Source: an uncultured virus (IMG/VR IMGVR_UViG_3300044627_003120) (taxonomy: Duplodnaviria; Heunggongvirae; Uroviricota; Caudoviricetes). From it: DNA of 56,225 bases. The notes below the pieces were generated by a model. That model saw only the letters and a list, made by a program, of their open reading frames with translations, made no database searches and was not told where the DNA came from. The DNA lies in the IMG/VR virus record IMGVR_UViG_3300044627_003120; one strand, written 5' to 3'. Numbering within the stretch: position 1 is the stretch's first letter; each line of letters starts with the position of its first letter. The position numbers and the translations under genes were made by a program. Shown here piece after piece: positions 10,745-21,485 of the stretch.

Positions 10745-11957
10745 TACAGAGTCCAAACTAATTACTGCAGTTCTTCAAGACAAGCAGATTCACGTTCTTT
10801 TACAGGCAAACGTAGACAACTTGCTCAGAACTCATGGAGATATCTGGAACTTTATCAGGCTATACTTTGAGAATAACAAGTCTCTTCCTCCTGCAGAACT
10901 TGTAACAGAAAAGTTTAGAGACTTCTCACCAATAGACAATGTTGGTGCAACTAAGCACCATTTAGAAGAGTTGCAGGGCGAATACTTAAATGACAGCCTA
11001 AAAGATATATTAAGGTCTGCTGCAACTAATGTTCAGAATAACCAAGGCAATGTTGCACTAAATGATTTAATTACACAGACATCAGAGTTAAAGAAAAATA
11101 CTTCAGCAATTCGTGACATTGATGTAACAGACTTAGAGTCTGCAATTGCATACTTTGAAAACCTAAAGATTCAACAGGCAGCAGGTCATGTTGGAATTAA
11201 AACAAATCTTCCAGGATTCGACAACTATCTTCCTTCTGGAATTATGCCAGGGCAGTTAGGAGTCTTCTTAGCATACCCAGGTATAGGAAAGTCCTGGATG
11301 GCTCTTTACTTTGCTGTACAGGCCTGGAAGCAGGGTAAGACACCACTTGTAATCTCTCTTGAGATGTCTGAGACAGAAGTTCGTAACCGTGTCTTTACAA
11401 TTATGGGAGAAGGACTTTGGTCACATAGAAAACTATCTAACGGAGATGTTGAGTTAGACACTCTTAAGGCTTGGCACGAAAGACACTTAAAGGGTAAGCC
11501 AGAGTTTCATATTATTTCAAATGACCAAGGTGGAGAAATCAACCCATCAGTTCTTCGTGGAAAGATTGACCAGTACAAGCCAGACTTTGTAATCGTTGAC
11601 TACCTTCAGTTGATGGCTCCAAACCAGAAGTCAGATAATGAAACTGTACGAATGAAGAACCTTTCACGAGAACTTAAACTGATGGCTATTGGTGAAGAAG
11701 TTCCTATCATTGCTATCTCATCTGCTACACCAGACGATGTCAATGATCTTAGCGGTGTGCCAACTCTTGGACAGACAGCATGGTCGAGACAGATTGCCTA
11801 CGATGCAGACTGGGTTATTGCCTTGGGCCGTGCATCCAATAGCGACATTATTGAGTGTGCTTTTAGAAAGAATCGTAATGGATTCATGGGAGATTTTTTA
11901 GTCCAGGTTGATTTTGACAAGGGATACTACAGGTACAAAGATTATGAAGATAAGTAG
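10737..11957 (+). CDS. dnaB: DnaB-like replicative helicase
   Basis: Walker A AYPGIGKS, SLEM, VIVDYLQLM and KNRNG motifs. Confidence 0.93.
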   Translation: MNNTESKLITAVLQDKQIHVLLQANVDNLLRTHGDIWNFIRLYFENNKSLPPAELVTEKFRDFSPIDNVGATKHHLEELQGEYLNDSLKDILRSAATNVQNNQGNVALNDLITQTSELKKNTSAIRDIDVTDLESAIAYFENLKIQQAAGHVGIKTNLPGFDNYLPSGIMPGQLGVFLAYPGIGKSWMALYFAVQAWKQGKTPLVISLEMSETEVRNRVFTIMGEGLWSHRKLSNGDVELDTLKAWHERHLKGKPEFHIISNDQGGEINPSVLRGKIDQYKPDFVIVDYLQLMAPNQKSDNETVRMKNLSRELKLMAIGEEVPIIAISSATPDDVNDLSGVPTLGQTAWSRQIAYDADWVIALGRASNSDIIECAFRKNRNGFMGDFLVQVDFDKGYYRYKDYEDK

Positions 11958-11969
11958 TTATAATATGGT

Positions 11970-12323
11970 ATGTCGAAAAGTAAGGAAAATATTCCGCCTA
12001 CCTTCTATCATCATAAGCCTATCAAAAAGTTTTACCTTGATGGGGTTATACATGATGAGTCAGCACTTGGCAGACTTAAGGAAGAGTATGTTAGACTCCT
12101 TGAGTCAGAGATGCGACTTTCGGGGTATGTTCCAAGAATCGATATATTACCAGACTTTACATTAGACTATAACCACAATAAAAAATATTTTGAATTTCAG
12201 TTAACAGTACACGGAACATATACGGGGAGAAAACAAAGCGAATGGATAGCAGGAATAGACGGAAGCACAGCAATCTATACACAAAAGAACAAATCAAAAG
12301 AGTTCTCACAGGAACAGGTGTAA
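11970..12323 (+). CDS. Hypothetical protein
   Basis: TATAAT lies 5 nt upstream of the ATG (leaderless). Confidence 0.55.
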   Translation: MSKSKENIPPTFYHHKPIKKFYLDGVIHDESALGRLKEEYVRLLESEMRLSGYVPRIDILPDFTLDYNHNKKYFEFQLTVHGTYTGRKQSEWIAGIDGSTAIYTQKNKSKEFSQEQV

Positions 12324-13186
12324 CGATTGAGTCTGAGGTTGACTCAGACTATATTATTTTTTGTCCATATCACAACAACAACAGGACCCCAGCGGGAGAA
12401 ATAGATAAAAACAACGGAACCTTCTTTTGCTTTGCATGCCACCACGTAACTGGATTTATCGAATTTGTTATGCACATGTCAAACAGGACATACTTTGAGG
12501 CTGCAAGATTTATAAAGAGCAAAGAGACAGATACAAGTATTGAAACAGACATTGACAGGGCACTATATAAAAAGCCAGAGTTTACAATGTTTGACGAGTT
12601 AGTTCTTAAGCGTCTACATAATAACCTTTTATCATCTGATAGAGCAAAAGATTATTTTACTTATAGGAAAATAACAAAAGATTCTGCTTCTAAATTTTCT
12701 TTAGGGTATTCAGATAAACAAGATATGGTTACTGTTCCAGTTCACAGTCCAGATGGCTTACCAATTGGGTTTGTTGGCAGATCGATTGAAGGTAAGGAGT
12801 TTAAAAATACTCCAGGACTTCCAAAGTCTAAGACATTATTTAATTTGCATAGGGTAAAAAGTTCTGGAACAGTTTACGTTGTTGAGTCATCATTTGATGC
12901 CATCAGGCTTGATCAGGTAGGACTTCCTGCTGTCGCTACACTTGGATCAAATGTTTCTAATATACAGATAGAGTTGCTTCAAAAGTACTTCAATGATATA
13001 ATTGTTATTGCGGATAATGATGAAGCAGGTGGAAATATGAAAACCAAGATAGTTGAAAAACTTGGTTCTCGTGTATCCGTAATACAACTAAATAAAGAAT
13101 ATAAAGATATAGGCGACATGGACGATAAGTCAATTAAAGAACTGGACTTCCAGTTTGACAAATCAATACAGTCTATGCTAAACTAA
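12242..13186 (+). CDS. dnaG: DNA primase (CHC2 zinc finger + TOPRIM)
   Basis: CPYH...FFCFAC, VVESSFDA and ADNDEAG motifs. Confidence 0.92.
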   Translation: MDSRNRRKHSNLYTKEQIKRVLTGTGVTIESEVDSDYIIFCPYHNNNRTPAGEIDKNNGTFFCFACHHVTGFIEFVMHMSNRTYFEAARFIKSKETDTSIETDIDRALYKKPEFTMFDELVLKRLHNNLLSSDRAKDYFTYRKITKDSASKFSLGYSDKQDMVTVPVHSPDGLPIGFVGRSIEGKEFKNTPGLPKSKTLFNLHRVKSSGTVYVVESSFDAIRLDQVGLPAVATLGSNVSNIQIELLQKYFNDIIVIADNDEAGGNMKTKIVEKLGSRVSVIQLNKEYKDIGDMDDKSIKELDFQFDKSIQSMLN

Positions 13187-13210
13187 CATAACGACACAAA
13201 GGAGAAACAC

Positions 13211-13864
13211 ATGGCAATACTAAGAGGAATCAAAGAGATGGGCCCAGTACTAGATGGCCCAAAGGGTGGCGACGGCCCAAAGGTTAAGTGGCTAAAACTT
13301 GCAGACGGTCAGTCTGTAAAGATTAGATTTTTAGAAGAACTTGACGAAGACTCAGCAAACTACAATGCAGAGCGTGGTCTAGCAATCGTTGTATCAGAAC
13401 ACACAAACCCAAAGGACTACAAGCGCAAGGCTGTAGACACAATGGATACAGAAGGTCGTGACTGGGCTGAAGAAATGCACCGCAAGGATCCAAAGGCTGG
13501 CTGGAGAGCACGTCTTCGTTTCTATTGCAACGTTCTTGTAGACGATGGCATTGAAGCACCATATGTTGCAATCTGGTCAATGGGTATCAGCAAGCAATCA
13601 TCATTCAACACAATTCGTGAGTATGCACTTGAAACAGGAAGCATCTCAAATGTACAGTGGAAGTTAAAGCGTAATGGTCAGGGAACTGAAACTAACTACA
13701 CACTAATTCCATCTGCACCAGACAAGGAACCATTTAACTGGGGAGACATTAAGCCTTACCCACTAGAATCTGCACTACGCAAGGTTCCTTACGCAGAACA
13801 AGAAGCGTTCTATTTGGGCTTTGATGGCCCATCTGCCACTTCAGCAACAAACGCTGATTGGTAA
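13211..13864 (+). CDS. Single-stranded DNA-binding protein (gp32-like OB fold)
   Basis: Lies between primase and polymerase. 'KIRFL..KLKRNGQGTETNY' motif, short acidic/aromatic tail, strong RBS AAGGAG. Confidence 0.65.
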   Translation: MAILRGIKEMGPVLDGPKGGDGPKVKWLKLADGQSVKIRFLEELDEDSANYNAERGLAIVVSEHTNPKDYKRKAVDTMDTEGRDWAEEMHRKDPKAGWRARLRFYCNVLVDDGIEAPYVAIWSMGISKQSSFNTIREYALETGSISNVQWKLKRNGQGTETNYTLIPSAPDKEPFNWGDIKPYPLESALRKVPYAEQEAFYLGFDGPSATSATNADW

Positions 13865-13865
13865 T

Positions 13866-16800
13866 ATGAACTACGTCGGCTTACATGTCCATACCCATTT
13901 TAGTTTATTTGATGGGATTGCTACTCCAGAAGAATACGTGAACCGTGCAGTTGAGTTAGGGATGCCAGCAATTGCCATCACTGACCACGGTACTTTATCT
14001 GGGCATAGGGAACTGCACCGTATTGCAAAAGCAAAGGGCATTAAGCCAATTCTAGGTCTAGAAGGATACATGTGTGCAGACATATCTGATACACGAGATA
14101 AGTCTGAAAGAGAAGGTCAACAAGACCTTGTCTACAACCACATTATCCTTCTAGCCAAGAATCAAATTGGTTTGGAAAACCTTAATAAGATTAGTGAACT
14201 ATCTTGGACAGATGGTTTCTTTAAGAAGCCAAGATTTGATTTTACTATATTAGAAAAATATAAAGAAGGAATTATTGTTTCTTCTGCTTGCCCAAGTAGC
14301 GTTTTAGTTAAAGCACTTGAGGAAGAAGAGTTTGCTCTTGCAAAGAAATACATCTCTTGGTTTAAAGAGCGCTTTGCTGATGACTACTACATTGAGGTTA
14401 TGCCTCACAATGAAGCACACATAAATAAGTATTTAATAGAACTTGCGGATGAGTTTGATATCAAAGTTATTGTTACACCAGACTGCCACCATGTTGACCC
14501 ATCACAAAAAGAAGTTCAAGAGTTTAAGTTGCTTATGAACACACATGGTAAGTTTGTAAAAGATACAACATATGAAAAATCAAAGAAAAAAGGCAACATG
14601 ATGCAGCGCCTTGATTATCTCTATGGCGAAGACCGTCAGATGTCATTTAATAAGTTTGACATCCACCTTCTATCTTATGAAGAGATCAAAGCAGCCATGG
14701 AAGCGCAGGGTATTGATAGACCAGACATCTACTCAAACACACTCCTATTAGCAGAGACAGTAGGAGACTATGGCATTCAAGAAGGACTAAACCTTTTACC
14801 AGTACAGTATAAGAGTCCTGACAAGGAACTTGCAAAGGCTGCATTGGAAGGTTTGGTAGAGCGAGGTTTGTCAGAAAACCAAGAGTACCTTGATAGACTT
14901 GAAGAAGAGTTGCAGATTATTAAGGATAAGAAGTTTGCGCCCTACTTCCTTGTTGTAAGTAACATGATCAACTGGGCCAAGAAGGAAGAGATTATGGTAG
15001 GCCCAGGTCGTGGCTCATCTGCTGGTTCTCTGGTTTGTTATGCATTAAAGATTACAGACATTGATCCTATTGAGCACAATCTTTTGTTCTTCCGCTTTAT
15101 TAATCCAGAGCGTAACGACTTCCCAGATATCGATACAGATATTCAAGATACTCGTCGTGAAGAAGTTAAAGATTATCTTGTTAGACAGTATCGACATGTT
15201 GCATCTATTGCCACCTTCCTTGAGTTTACAGGTAAGGGAATTGTTAGAGATGTTGCACGAGTATTAAACATTCCTCTATCAGATGTTAATAAGGTTTTAA
15301 AGACTGTAGATACATGGGATGATTTCTGTACATCAAAATCAACATACGAGTTTCGTGAGAAGTATCCAGAGGTAGAGGTTTACGGAGAACAACTTCGTGG
15401 TCGAATTCGTGGCACAGGTATTCACGCTGCTGGTGTTGTAACTGCAAAAGAACCAATCTTTAGGTATGCACCACTTGAAACAAGATCATCTACTGGGTCT
15501 GACGAAAGAATTCCAGTAGTTGGTGTTGACATGGAAGAGGCTGAAAGAATTGGTTTAATTAAGATTGATGCGCTTGGTCTTAAGACATTGTCTGTTCTTA
15601 AGAATACAATTGATATTATTAAAGAGCGAGATGGAAAGAAGATCGACCTTCTTAAGATCAAGATGGATGATGCAAATGTTTATCAGATGCTATCTGACGG
15701 ATATACAAAGGGAGTGTTTCAGTGTGAAGCAGCACCATACACAAACCTTCTTGTTAAGATGGGTGTCAAGAATCTAAATGAACTTGCAGCATCAAATGCT
15801 CTTGTTCGTCCAGGTGCAATGAATACTATTGGTAAGGACTATGTTGATCGTAAGCATGGTCGTCAAAACATTTCCTATACTCACCAAGTACTAAAACAAT
15901 TTACGGAGGACACATATGGCTGTATTCTTTACCAGGAACAGGTTATGCAAGCATGCGTACACCTTGGCGGTATGTCCATGTCGGAAGCAGATAAAGTTAG
16001 AAAAATCATTGGCAAGAAAAAAGATGCTAAAGAATTTGATCAGTTTAAAGAGAAGTTCGTAGAGGGTGCATCTAAGTTTATTGCTCCTAACGCTGCTCGT
16101 GATCTATGGCATGACTTTGAGGCTCACGCAGGGTATTCATTTAATAAATCTCACGCAGTAGCATACTCAACGCTATCCTATTGGACAGCATGGTTAAAGT
16201 ATTATTACCCACTTGAGTTTATGTACTCAGTGCTAAAGAATGAAAAGGACAAAGATGCAAGAACTGAATACCTTATTGAAGCAAAAAGAATGGGCATTAG
16301 CATTAAGTTACCTCACATTAACGATTCGGATATTGATTTTAAGATTGAGGGTAAGGGCATTAGGTTTGGACTCAGTGCTATCAAGTTCATATCTGACAAG
16401 ATTGGTGAGAGATATATCTCAGCACGACCTTTTAGTTCATATAAAGAACTCGAAGAGTTTACCTTTACAAAAGGAAACGGAGTAAACAGCCGTGCACTCC
16501 AGGCACTAAAAGTAATTGGTGCAGCAACATTTAATGATAATCCCAGAAATGATCAGGAGATTAAAGAGAACCTGTATGAATACTTAAACCTTCCAGAGTT
16601 TAATATTACAATACCTTCTCATTATTATGCGTTCATTCAGGATATTGTAGACTTTGAAGAAAAAGGATCATACATTTTTATGGGTATGGTAAAATCTATT
16701 AAACGAGGAACAGGATGGTCACGAGTTGAAATTTTGGACAAAACTGGCAGTGTCGGTATATTTGATGATGAAAATACAACTATTGAGACAGGTCGTTCTT

Positions 16801-17141
16801 ATCTGGTCTTGTGTAATGATAATAGGATTGTTTCTTTCATACCTTCAGATGAGATAAAAGAATCATCACATGCTCTTGTAAAGTTCTTAAGTTATAAGCA
16901 ACTTCCATACAAAGATGATGAAATGTTTGTAGTCTCTTTTAAACCAAGAGTTACAAAGACTGGCAAGAAGATGGCATCTCTTACACTTGCAGATACAAGT
17001 AGAGATCTGCATTCTATTACAGTTTTCCCTACATCTTTTGCAAAAGCGTACATGCATATTGAAGAAGGAAAATCTTATAAGTTTGATTTTGGTAAGACTA
17101 AAGACGGAACCGTAACATTGGAGGATGTACATGTCAGTTAG
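13866..17141 (+). CDS. dnaE: DNA polymerase III alpha subunit
   Basis: PHP motifs HVHTHFS and TDHG; GPGRGSSAGSL; catalytic PDIDTD; GYSFNKSHA. Confidence 0.97.
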   Translation: MNYVGLHVHTHFSLFDGIATPEEYVNRAVELGMPAIAITDHGTLSGHRELHRIAKAKGIKPILGLEGYMCADISDTRDKSEREGQQDLVYNHIILLAKNQIGLENLNKISELSWTDGFFKKPRFDFTILEKYKEGIIVSSACPSSVLVKALEEEEFALAKKYISWFKERFADDYYIEVMPHNEAHINKYLIELADEFDIKVIVTPDCHHVDPSQKEVQEFKLLMNTHGKFVKDTTYEKSKKKGNMMQRLDYLYGEDRQMSFNKFDIHLLSYEEIKAAMEAQGIDRPDIYSNTLLLAETVGDYGIQEGLNLLPVQYKSPDKELAKAALEGLVERGLSENQEYLDRLEEELQIIKDKKFAPYFLVVSNMINWAKKEEIMVGPGRGSSAGSLVCYALKITDIDPIEHNLLFFRFINPERNDFPDIDTDIQDTRREEVKDYLVRQYRHVASIATFLEFTGKGIVRDVARVLNIPLSDVNKVLKTVDTWDDFCTSKSTYEFREKYPEVEVYGEQLRGRIRGTGIHAAGVVTAKEPIFRYAPLETRSSTGSDERIPVVGVDMEEAERIGLIKIDALGLKTLSVLKNTIDIIKERDGKKIDLLKIKMDDANVYQMLSDGYTKGVFQCEAAPYTNLLVKMGVKNLNELAASNALVRPGAMNTIGKDYVDRKHGRQNISYTHQVLKQFTEDTYGCILYQEQVMQACVHLGGMSMSEADKVRKIIGKKKDAKEFDQFKEKFVEGASKFIAPNAARDLWHDFEAHAGYSFNKSHAVAYSTLSYWTAWLKYYYPLEFMYSVLKNEKDKDARTEYLIEAKRMGISIKLPHINDSDIDFKIEGKGIRFGLSAIKFISDKIGERYISARPFSSYKELEEFTFTKGNGVNSRALQALKVIGAATFNDNPRNDQEIKENLYEYLNLPEFNITIPSHYYAFIQDIVDFEEKGSYIFMGMVKSIKRGTGWSRVEILDKTGSVGIFDDENTTIETGRSYLVLCNDNRIVSFIPSDEIKESSHALVKFLSYKQLPYKDDEMFVVSFKPRVTKTGKKMASLTLADTSRDLHSITVFPTSFAKAYMHIEEGKSYKFDFGKTKDGTVTLEDVHVS

Positions 17142-18141
17142 TATAGAAGAAGCGTTAGCACAACTTGACCCAAAGTTAAGAAAGAGATTGGGTAGCGGGG
17201 TAGGAGTTAACTATGAGTACCAGCCTACACCCAGTTTTGGTTTGAACCGTGCCTTGGGTGGTGGGCTTCCTTACGGCAGACAAGTCCTTATCTGGGGTTC
17301 TAAGTCTTCTGCAAAGTCCTCTATGTGCCTTCAAATGATTGCTTTAGCACAGGCAGAGGGCAAGTTGTGTGCATGGATTGACTCAGAGATGTCGTACTCA
17401 GAAGAATGGGCTAGAACTCTTGGTGTAGATCCAGAAAAACTAATCTACTCACAAGCAAGAACTATCAGTGACATGGTAGATGTTGGAGTAGGGCTGATGA
17501 ATGCTGGAGTTGATTTAATTGTGGTAGACTCTATTACATCTATGCTTCCTGCAATTTATTTTGAAAAGGACACAGATGAAATGAAGGCTTTGGAAAACAC
17601 AAAGCAGATTGGAGCAGAATCCCGTGACTTTAGTAACGCATGGAAAATGCTTAACTATGCAAACAATAAAGTTAAGCCAACTTTGCTTGTTCTCATTTCT
17701 CAGTCTCGTAATAATATTAATGCTATGTATACTAGCCAGCAGCCTTCTGGTGGTCAGGCTACTAAGTTTTATTCCTCATGTATTATTAAACTCTTTTCTT
17801 CAGAGTCAGACAATCAAGCGATTAAGGGAAAGATCAAGGTAGGAGATAAATTAATTGAAGAAAAGATTGGTAGAACTATTAAGTGGGAACTTCAGTTCTC
17901 CAAAACCTCTCCAGGGTTCCAGTCTGGTGAGTACGATTTTTATTTTAGAGGTGACGATATTGGTCTTGATACCATTGGTGATTTGGTTACTACCGCAGAA
18001 TTAAACGGCATTGTAGAGCGTACAGGTGCCTGGTACATACTTCCTGATGGAACAAAAGTGCAGGGCAAGGAAGCGTTTGTTAATCGTGTAAGAGAGGATC
18101 TTGACTTGCAAGAATCAATCAAGGCTAAACTAAATGGCTAG
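17131..18141 (+). CDS. recA: RecA-family recombinase
   Basis: ALGGGLPYGR, WIDSE, LIVVDSI, GGQATKFYSS and GAWY motifs. Walker A is the variant GSKSSAKS. Confidence 0.92.
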   Translation: MSVSIEEALAQLDPKLRKRLGSGVGVNYEYQPTPSFGLNRALGGGLPYGRQVLIWGSKSSAKSSMCLQMIALAQAEGKLCAWIDSEMSYSEEWARTLGVDPEKLIYSQARTISDMVDVGVGLMNAGVDLIVVDSITSMLPAIYFEKDTDEMKALENTKQIGAESRDFSNAWKMLNYANNKVKPTLLVLISQSRNNINAMYTSQQPSGGQATKFYSSCIIKLFSSESDNQAIKGKIKVGDKLIEEKIGRTIKWELQFSKTSPGFQSGEYDFYFRGDDIGLDTIGDLVTTAELNGIVERTGAWYILPDGTKVQGKEAFVNRVREDLDLQESIKAKLNG

Positions 18142-18310
18142 TTATACAGTTTATAATGGAAAGTTTGTTTGCCATGAATGCAAAGCAGAGGTTAAATCTT
18201 TAAGGCTTTATGCAGATACAAAAACTGCAACATGGATGTGTCCAAGTAAACACCTAAGTACTGTTAAGTTTGGAAAGCAGAAATGGAAGGGTAATGACAG
18301 AGAAGAGTGA
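18134..18310 (+). CDS. Small zinc-binding protein (58 aa, not in ORF track)
   Basis: MASYTVYNGKFVCHECKAEV...WMCPSKH. Fills the gap exactly, overlapping both neighbours. Confidence 0.6.
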   Translation: MASYTVYNGKFVCHECKAEVKSLRLYADTKTATWMCPSKHLSTVKFGKQKWKGNDREE

Positions 18311-18575
18311 GTCTAAGAGAATAGGTGCTAAGCAGCACAAGAACTCTGGTCGCAATACTCAAAAGGGAGATGCTTCCTGGAAAAACTTTGTTGTAGATTT
18401 TAAAGAGGTTGGAAAATCTTTTACTTTGAATAAAGAGGTTTGGGCTAAGGCAACAACAGATGCCATGAAGAATGGCAAGGACCCAGCCATCGTTGTGGTA
18501 ATGGGCGAGGGTAATGCAAAGGTAAGACTTGCTATAATTGAGATGAGTATTTTAGAAAACATGGTGGAGGAATAA
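18294..18575 (+). CDS. Hjc-like PD-(D/E)XK resolvase/nuclease
   Basis: 'E..SGR..KGD....VVDFK' pattern. Confidence 0.6.
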   Translation: MTEKSESKRIGAKQHKNSGRNTQKGDASWKNFVVDFKEVGKSFTLNKEVWAKATTDAMKNGKDPAIVVVMGEGNAKVRLAIIEMSILENMVEE

Positions 18576-18880
18576 TGGAACAGCAGGGAACAACAATAGA
18601 TATGGTAAACGGTCTTGCAGAGATTGCAGACTATATGGAAGACGAAGAACTAACAGTTGCACTAACAATGATTGCTAAACTAATTATAAAGCCAGACATC
18701 CCAATTAATGTTGCTCACGTAGAGATAGTGCGACTTCAGGCAATTGCTGCAAAAATGGCTTTTAAGGCTACATGGATGGCAAATGTTGACAAGTCAGATC
18801 GTGGAAAAAAGAATCTTTATTATACGGCAGCAGAGTCGCTTAATAATTTAGTGTCTGCACTCAAATATATTACACGCTAA
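18575..18880 (+). CDS. Hypothetical helical protein
   Basis: RBS GGAGG, coupled ORF. Confidence 0.6.
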   Translation: MEQQGTTIDMVNGLAEIADYMEDEELTVALTMIAKLIIKPDIPINVAHVEIVRLQAIAAKMAFKATWMANVDKSDRGKKNLYYTAAESLNNLVSALKYITR

Positions 18881-18915
18881 TCTGCTATACTTATACTAAT
18901 AGAAACGAGTAAAAA

Positions 18916-19716
18916 ATGACAAAAAGTTTATTGCAACAGATTATGGTAAAGCAGGAAAAGCCACCAGTACACTCAATAGATGTTGCTGGCTTGACTGAAA
19001 AAATTCAGTCTGGTTATACTGTTAACCGCATTGACAAACAGACACAGAAGAAGACTTTTGCACCATCTACAATTGCCTACGGGCATGGAGAGTGCCCAAG
19101 ATATTGGTACCTTGCTTTTGATGGTCAGATGTTTGAAGATGATGCAACACCATATAGCGCAGCCAATATGACTGCAGGAACAAAATCACACGAAAGAATT
19201 CAGGAAGCAATGAGAAATGTTCCTGATTTTCTTGTAGACGAAGAGTTTAAAATAACTTATACTGATCCGCCAATCTTTGGCTATGGAGATGTTATGATTA
19301 ATTGGCAGGGAGAAGAACTCCTTGGCGAAATTAAAACAATGATGAATGAAGGTTTTGAGTACCGTAAGGCACATATGAAACCTAAGACTGGACACCTTGT
19401 TCAGTTACTTATTTATATGAAGATTCTTAAGAAAGCAAAGGCTGTTCTTATTTATGAAAATAAAAACAATCACGAGTTGCTTATTCTTCCAGTAGAAGTA
19501 AATGATTATTATCGTCGGTGGGTAGACCAGACGTTTGAATGGATGAGATCAGTTCGTAAGGCTTGGGTCGACAGAACTCTGCCTGAAAAGAACTATCGTT
19601 CAAATTCAAAAATTTGCAAATCATGTCCTATTAAAAAGGCTTGTGCAGATGCTGGCAAGGGAGACTTTAAACTAAAGTCCTTGGAGCCTATAGATGAAGC
19701 ATTGTCAATGGTGTGA
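18916..19716 (+). CDS. Cas4-like PD-(D/E)XK exonuclease
   Basis: N-terminal CPR, G..H, GYGD..EIKT, QL..Y and C-terminal CKSCPIKKAC (Fe-S staple). Confidence 0.8.
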   Translation: MTKSLLQQIMVKQEKPPVHSIDVAGLTEKIQSGYTVNRIDKQTQKKTFAPSTIAYGHGECPRYWYLAFDGQMFEDDATPYSAANMTAGTKSHERIQEAMRNVPDFLVDEEFKITYTDPPIFGYGDVMINWQGEELLGEIKTMMNEGFEYRKAHMKPKTGHLVQLLIYMKILKKAKAVLIYENKNNHELLILPVEVNDYYRRWVDQTFEWMRSVRKAWVDRTLPEKNYRSNSKICKSCPIKKACADAGKGDFKLKSLEPIDEALSMV

Positions 19717-19969
19717 TAAACAATTTAAAACAGATATAGCATATCAAATATATTGCTCACCAGAGTGTAGAGACATGGCAACAAAAGAAAAAATTGCTGC
19801 AAGGTATATAGTTTCTAGACGACAAAAAAGAAAAGGAAAGGAAAGAAATTGTAAGTCATGCAAAGAGCCTTTGTCAATATATAATGACGAAACTCTTTGC
19901 GTAAAATGCAATGTCAACCCTTCAGATGTAGCAAAAGCGTTAAAAAAAATTAAGGATAATTTAAAATGA
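19694..19969 (+). CDS. Zinc-finger protein
   Basis: CQWC, YCSPEC, CKSC and CVKC. Confidence 0.65.
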   Translation: MKHCQWCDKQFKTDIAYQIYCSPECRDMATKEKIAARYIVSRRQKRKGKERNCKSCKEPLSIYNDETLCVKCNVNPSDVAKALKKIKDNLK

Positions 19970-20562
19970 AATTAGCAGAGGCAATAGGAACTAAACCTCC
20001 AAAAACTATTTGTGCTATCGATGCAAGCACTAATAGTCTTGCCTTTGCTATTTTTGATACACAGGAAAAAACATTAAAGTCGGTAGGCAAGATTAACTTT
20101 AAAGGCAAGGACACTTATGAAAAGGTTATGGATGCTGGACAAAAGGTAAAGGCCTTTCTTGATATATACGAAGGGTTTGAGGCTATCGTCATTGAGCACA
20201 CAGTGTTTATGAATAGCCCTAAGACTGCTGCTGATCTTGCTCTTGTACAAGGCGCTATTCTTGGAGCAGCAGGACAGTCTGGTACGAAGGTTATAGGAAA
20301 GGTAGCGCCAATTACTTGGCAGAACTTTATTGGAAACAAGAAGATATCTAAAGATGAAAAACTATTTATTAAGTCACAAAACCCAGGGAAGTCAGAGTCA
20401 TGGCTTAAGTCTTATGAGAGAGAACTAAGAAAGCAAAGAACAATTAGTTTTATTAACATGCAATACGACAGAACAATAACAGACAACGATGTGGCAGATG
20501 CCTGCGGAATTGGTCATTGGGCAATTAAGAATTGGAATAAAGCAGTAGGGTGGACTGAATAA
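19966..20562 (+). CDS. RuvC-like Holliday junction resolvase
   Basis: AIDAS, IVIE and DVADA acidic motifs. Confidence 0.8.
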   Translation: MKLAEAIGTKPPKTICAIDASTNSLAFAIFDTQEKTLKSVGKINFKGKDTYEKVMDAGQKVKAFLDIYEGFEAIVIEHTVFMNSPKTAADLALVQGAILGAAGQSGTKVIGKVAPITWQNFIGNKKISKDEKLFIKSQNPGKSESWLKSYERELRKQRTISFINMQYDRTITDNDVADACGIGHWAIKNWNKAVGWTE

Positions 20563-21206
20563 TGCCAGAGTTAAATGCAAACATACCACCAATAAATTGC
20601 TATGTGCGTGGAAACTATTTAAGAAATCACCAAGATAGCCACGATAAATACTTTGAGTGTGTTGTTTTTGGTGTGTCAAGTTTGAAGTCCAGAAGCCCAT
20701 TGTTCCACATTATGATGCCAGATGGTGGACTTTGGTGGAGACTTCCAATCTCTGCATTTTGTACTGAGCCAGGAGTACCTGAAGTAGATCTTCACAATTT
20801 AGTTTTGTGGAATTCTTTTAGCCATCACATTGCAGTAACTCGGTTTGAAAATTTAACTAACCTTAGAATGTCTTACATTGATAGAACAAAAACAATGCAT
20901 AAAGGAACCTATCTATTCACATTAGACTGGCACAATCCAGATACAAATGTTTTAGATGACGGCTACTCCGAAAGCCCTGCAGACCATAAATGTGGGCATG
21001 TTATACAAAGAGATGATGGGAATTTTGCCATTCAGCCTAACAACAGAGTTCGTATTTATGAGCCATCATTTACACTTGAAAAAGAATACCTGATTGATAG
21101 AATAATTAATGAGAGAAAATATGATGTTGAAAATCAGGATAAATGGATTATGGAAAACTCTAATAGATTTAATTATGATATAGAAGAGAAAGGGGTTGAC
21201 AATTAA
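20562..21206 (+). CDS. Conserved hypothetical phage protein
   Basis: Coupled 214 aa ORF with 'RLPISAF..YLFTLDW..HKCGH..QPNNR'. Confidence 0.65.
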   Translation: MPELNANIPPINCYVRGNYLRNHQDSHDKYFECVVFGVSSLKSRSPLFHIMMPDGGLWWRLPISAFCTEPGVPEVDLHNLVLWNSFSHHIAVTRFENLTNLRMSYIDRTKTMHKGTYLFTLDWHNPDTNVLDDGYSESPADHKCGHVIQRDDGNFAIQPNNRVRIYEPSFTLEKEYLIDRIINERKYDVENQDKWIMENSNRFNYDIEEKGVDN

Positions 21207-21210
21207 TACC

Positions 21211-21366
21211 GTGGGTGCTAAACTATATACAAGCGAAGTCTATATGCGTAAGAGATATCTTGTGGATAAAAGGACTCCAGAAGAAATTGCTAAGGAGTGT
21301 GGTGCTAGTGTTGAGACCATCTATGTCTACCTTGCAAAATTTAAATTAAGGAAATCAAAGCGATGA
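21211..21366 (+). CDS. Small HTH protein (51 aa, not in ORF track)
   Basis: GTG start. 'TPEEIAKECGASVETIYVYL' is an HTH pattern. Confidence 0.6.
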   Translation: MGAKLYTSEVYMRKRYLVDKRTPEEIAKECGASVETIYVYLAKFKLRKSKR

Positions 21367-21485
21367 AAAAGATTAAGTATATGCTTTTTATATTATCATT
21401 AGTAGCAGCAGTTGGTATCTCCTATGCCACTGCAACACTGCGTAATATGCCAGAAGCGTTTGACTGGGAGGAAGATGATGAGTGA
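21363..21485 (+). CDS. Small membrane protein (40 aa)
   Basis: MKKIKYMLFILSLVAAVGISYA..., ATGA-coupled. Confidence 0.45.
   Translation: MKKIKYMLFILSLVAAVGISYATATLRNMPEAFDWEEDDE

Noticed and set aside
18916..19716. Cas4-like gene as a sign of a CRISPR system
   Set aside because: No other cas genes and no repeat-spacer array were seen. Solo Cas4-like nucleases are common in phage recombination modules.
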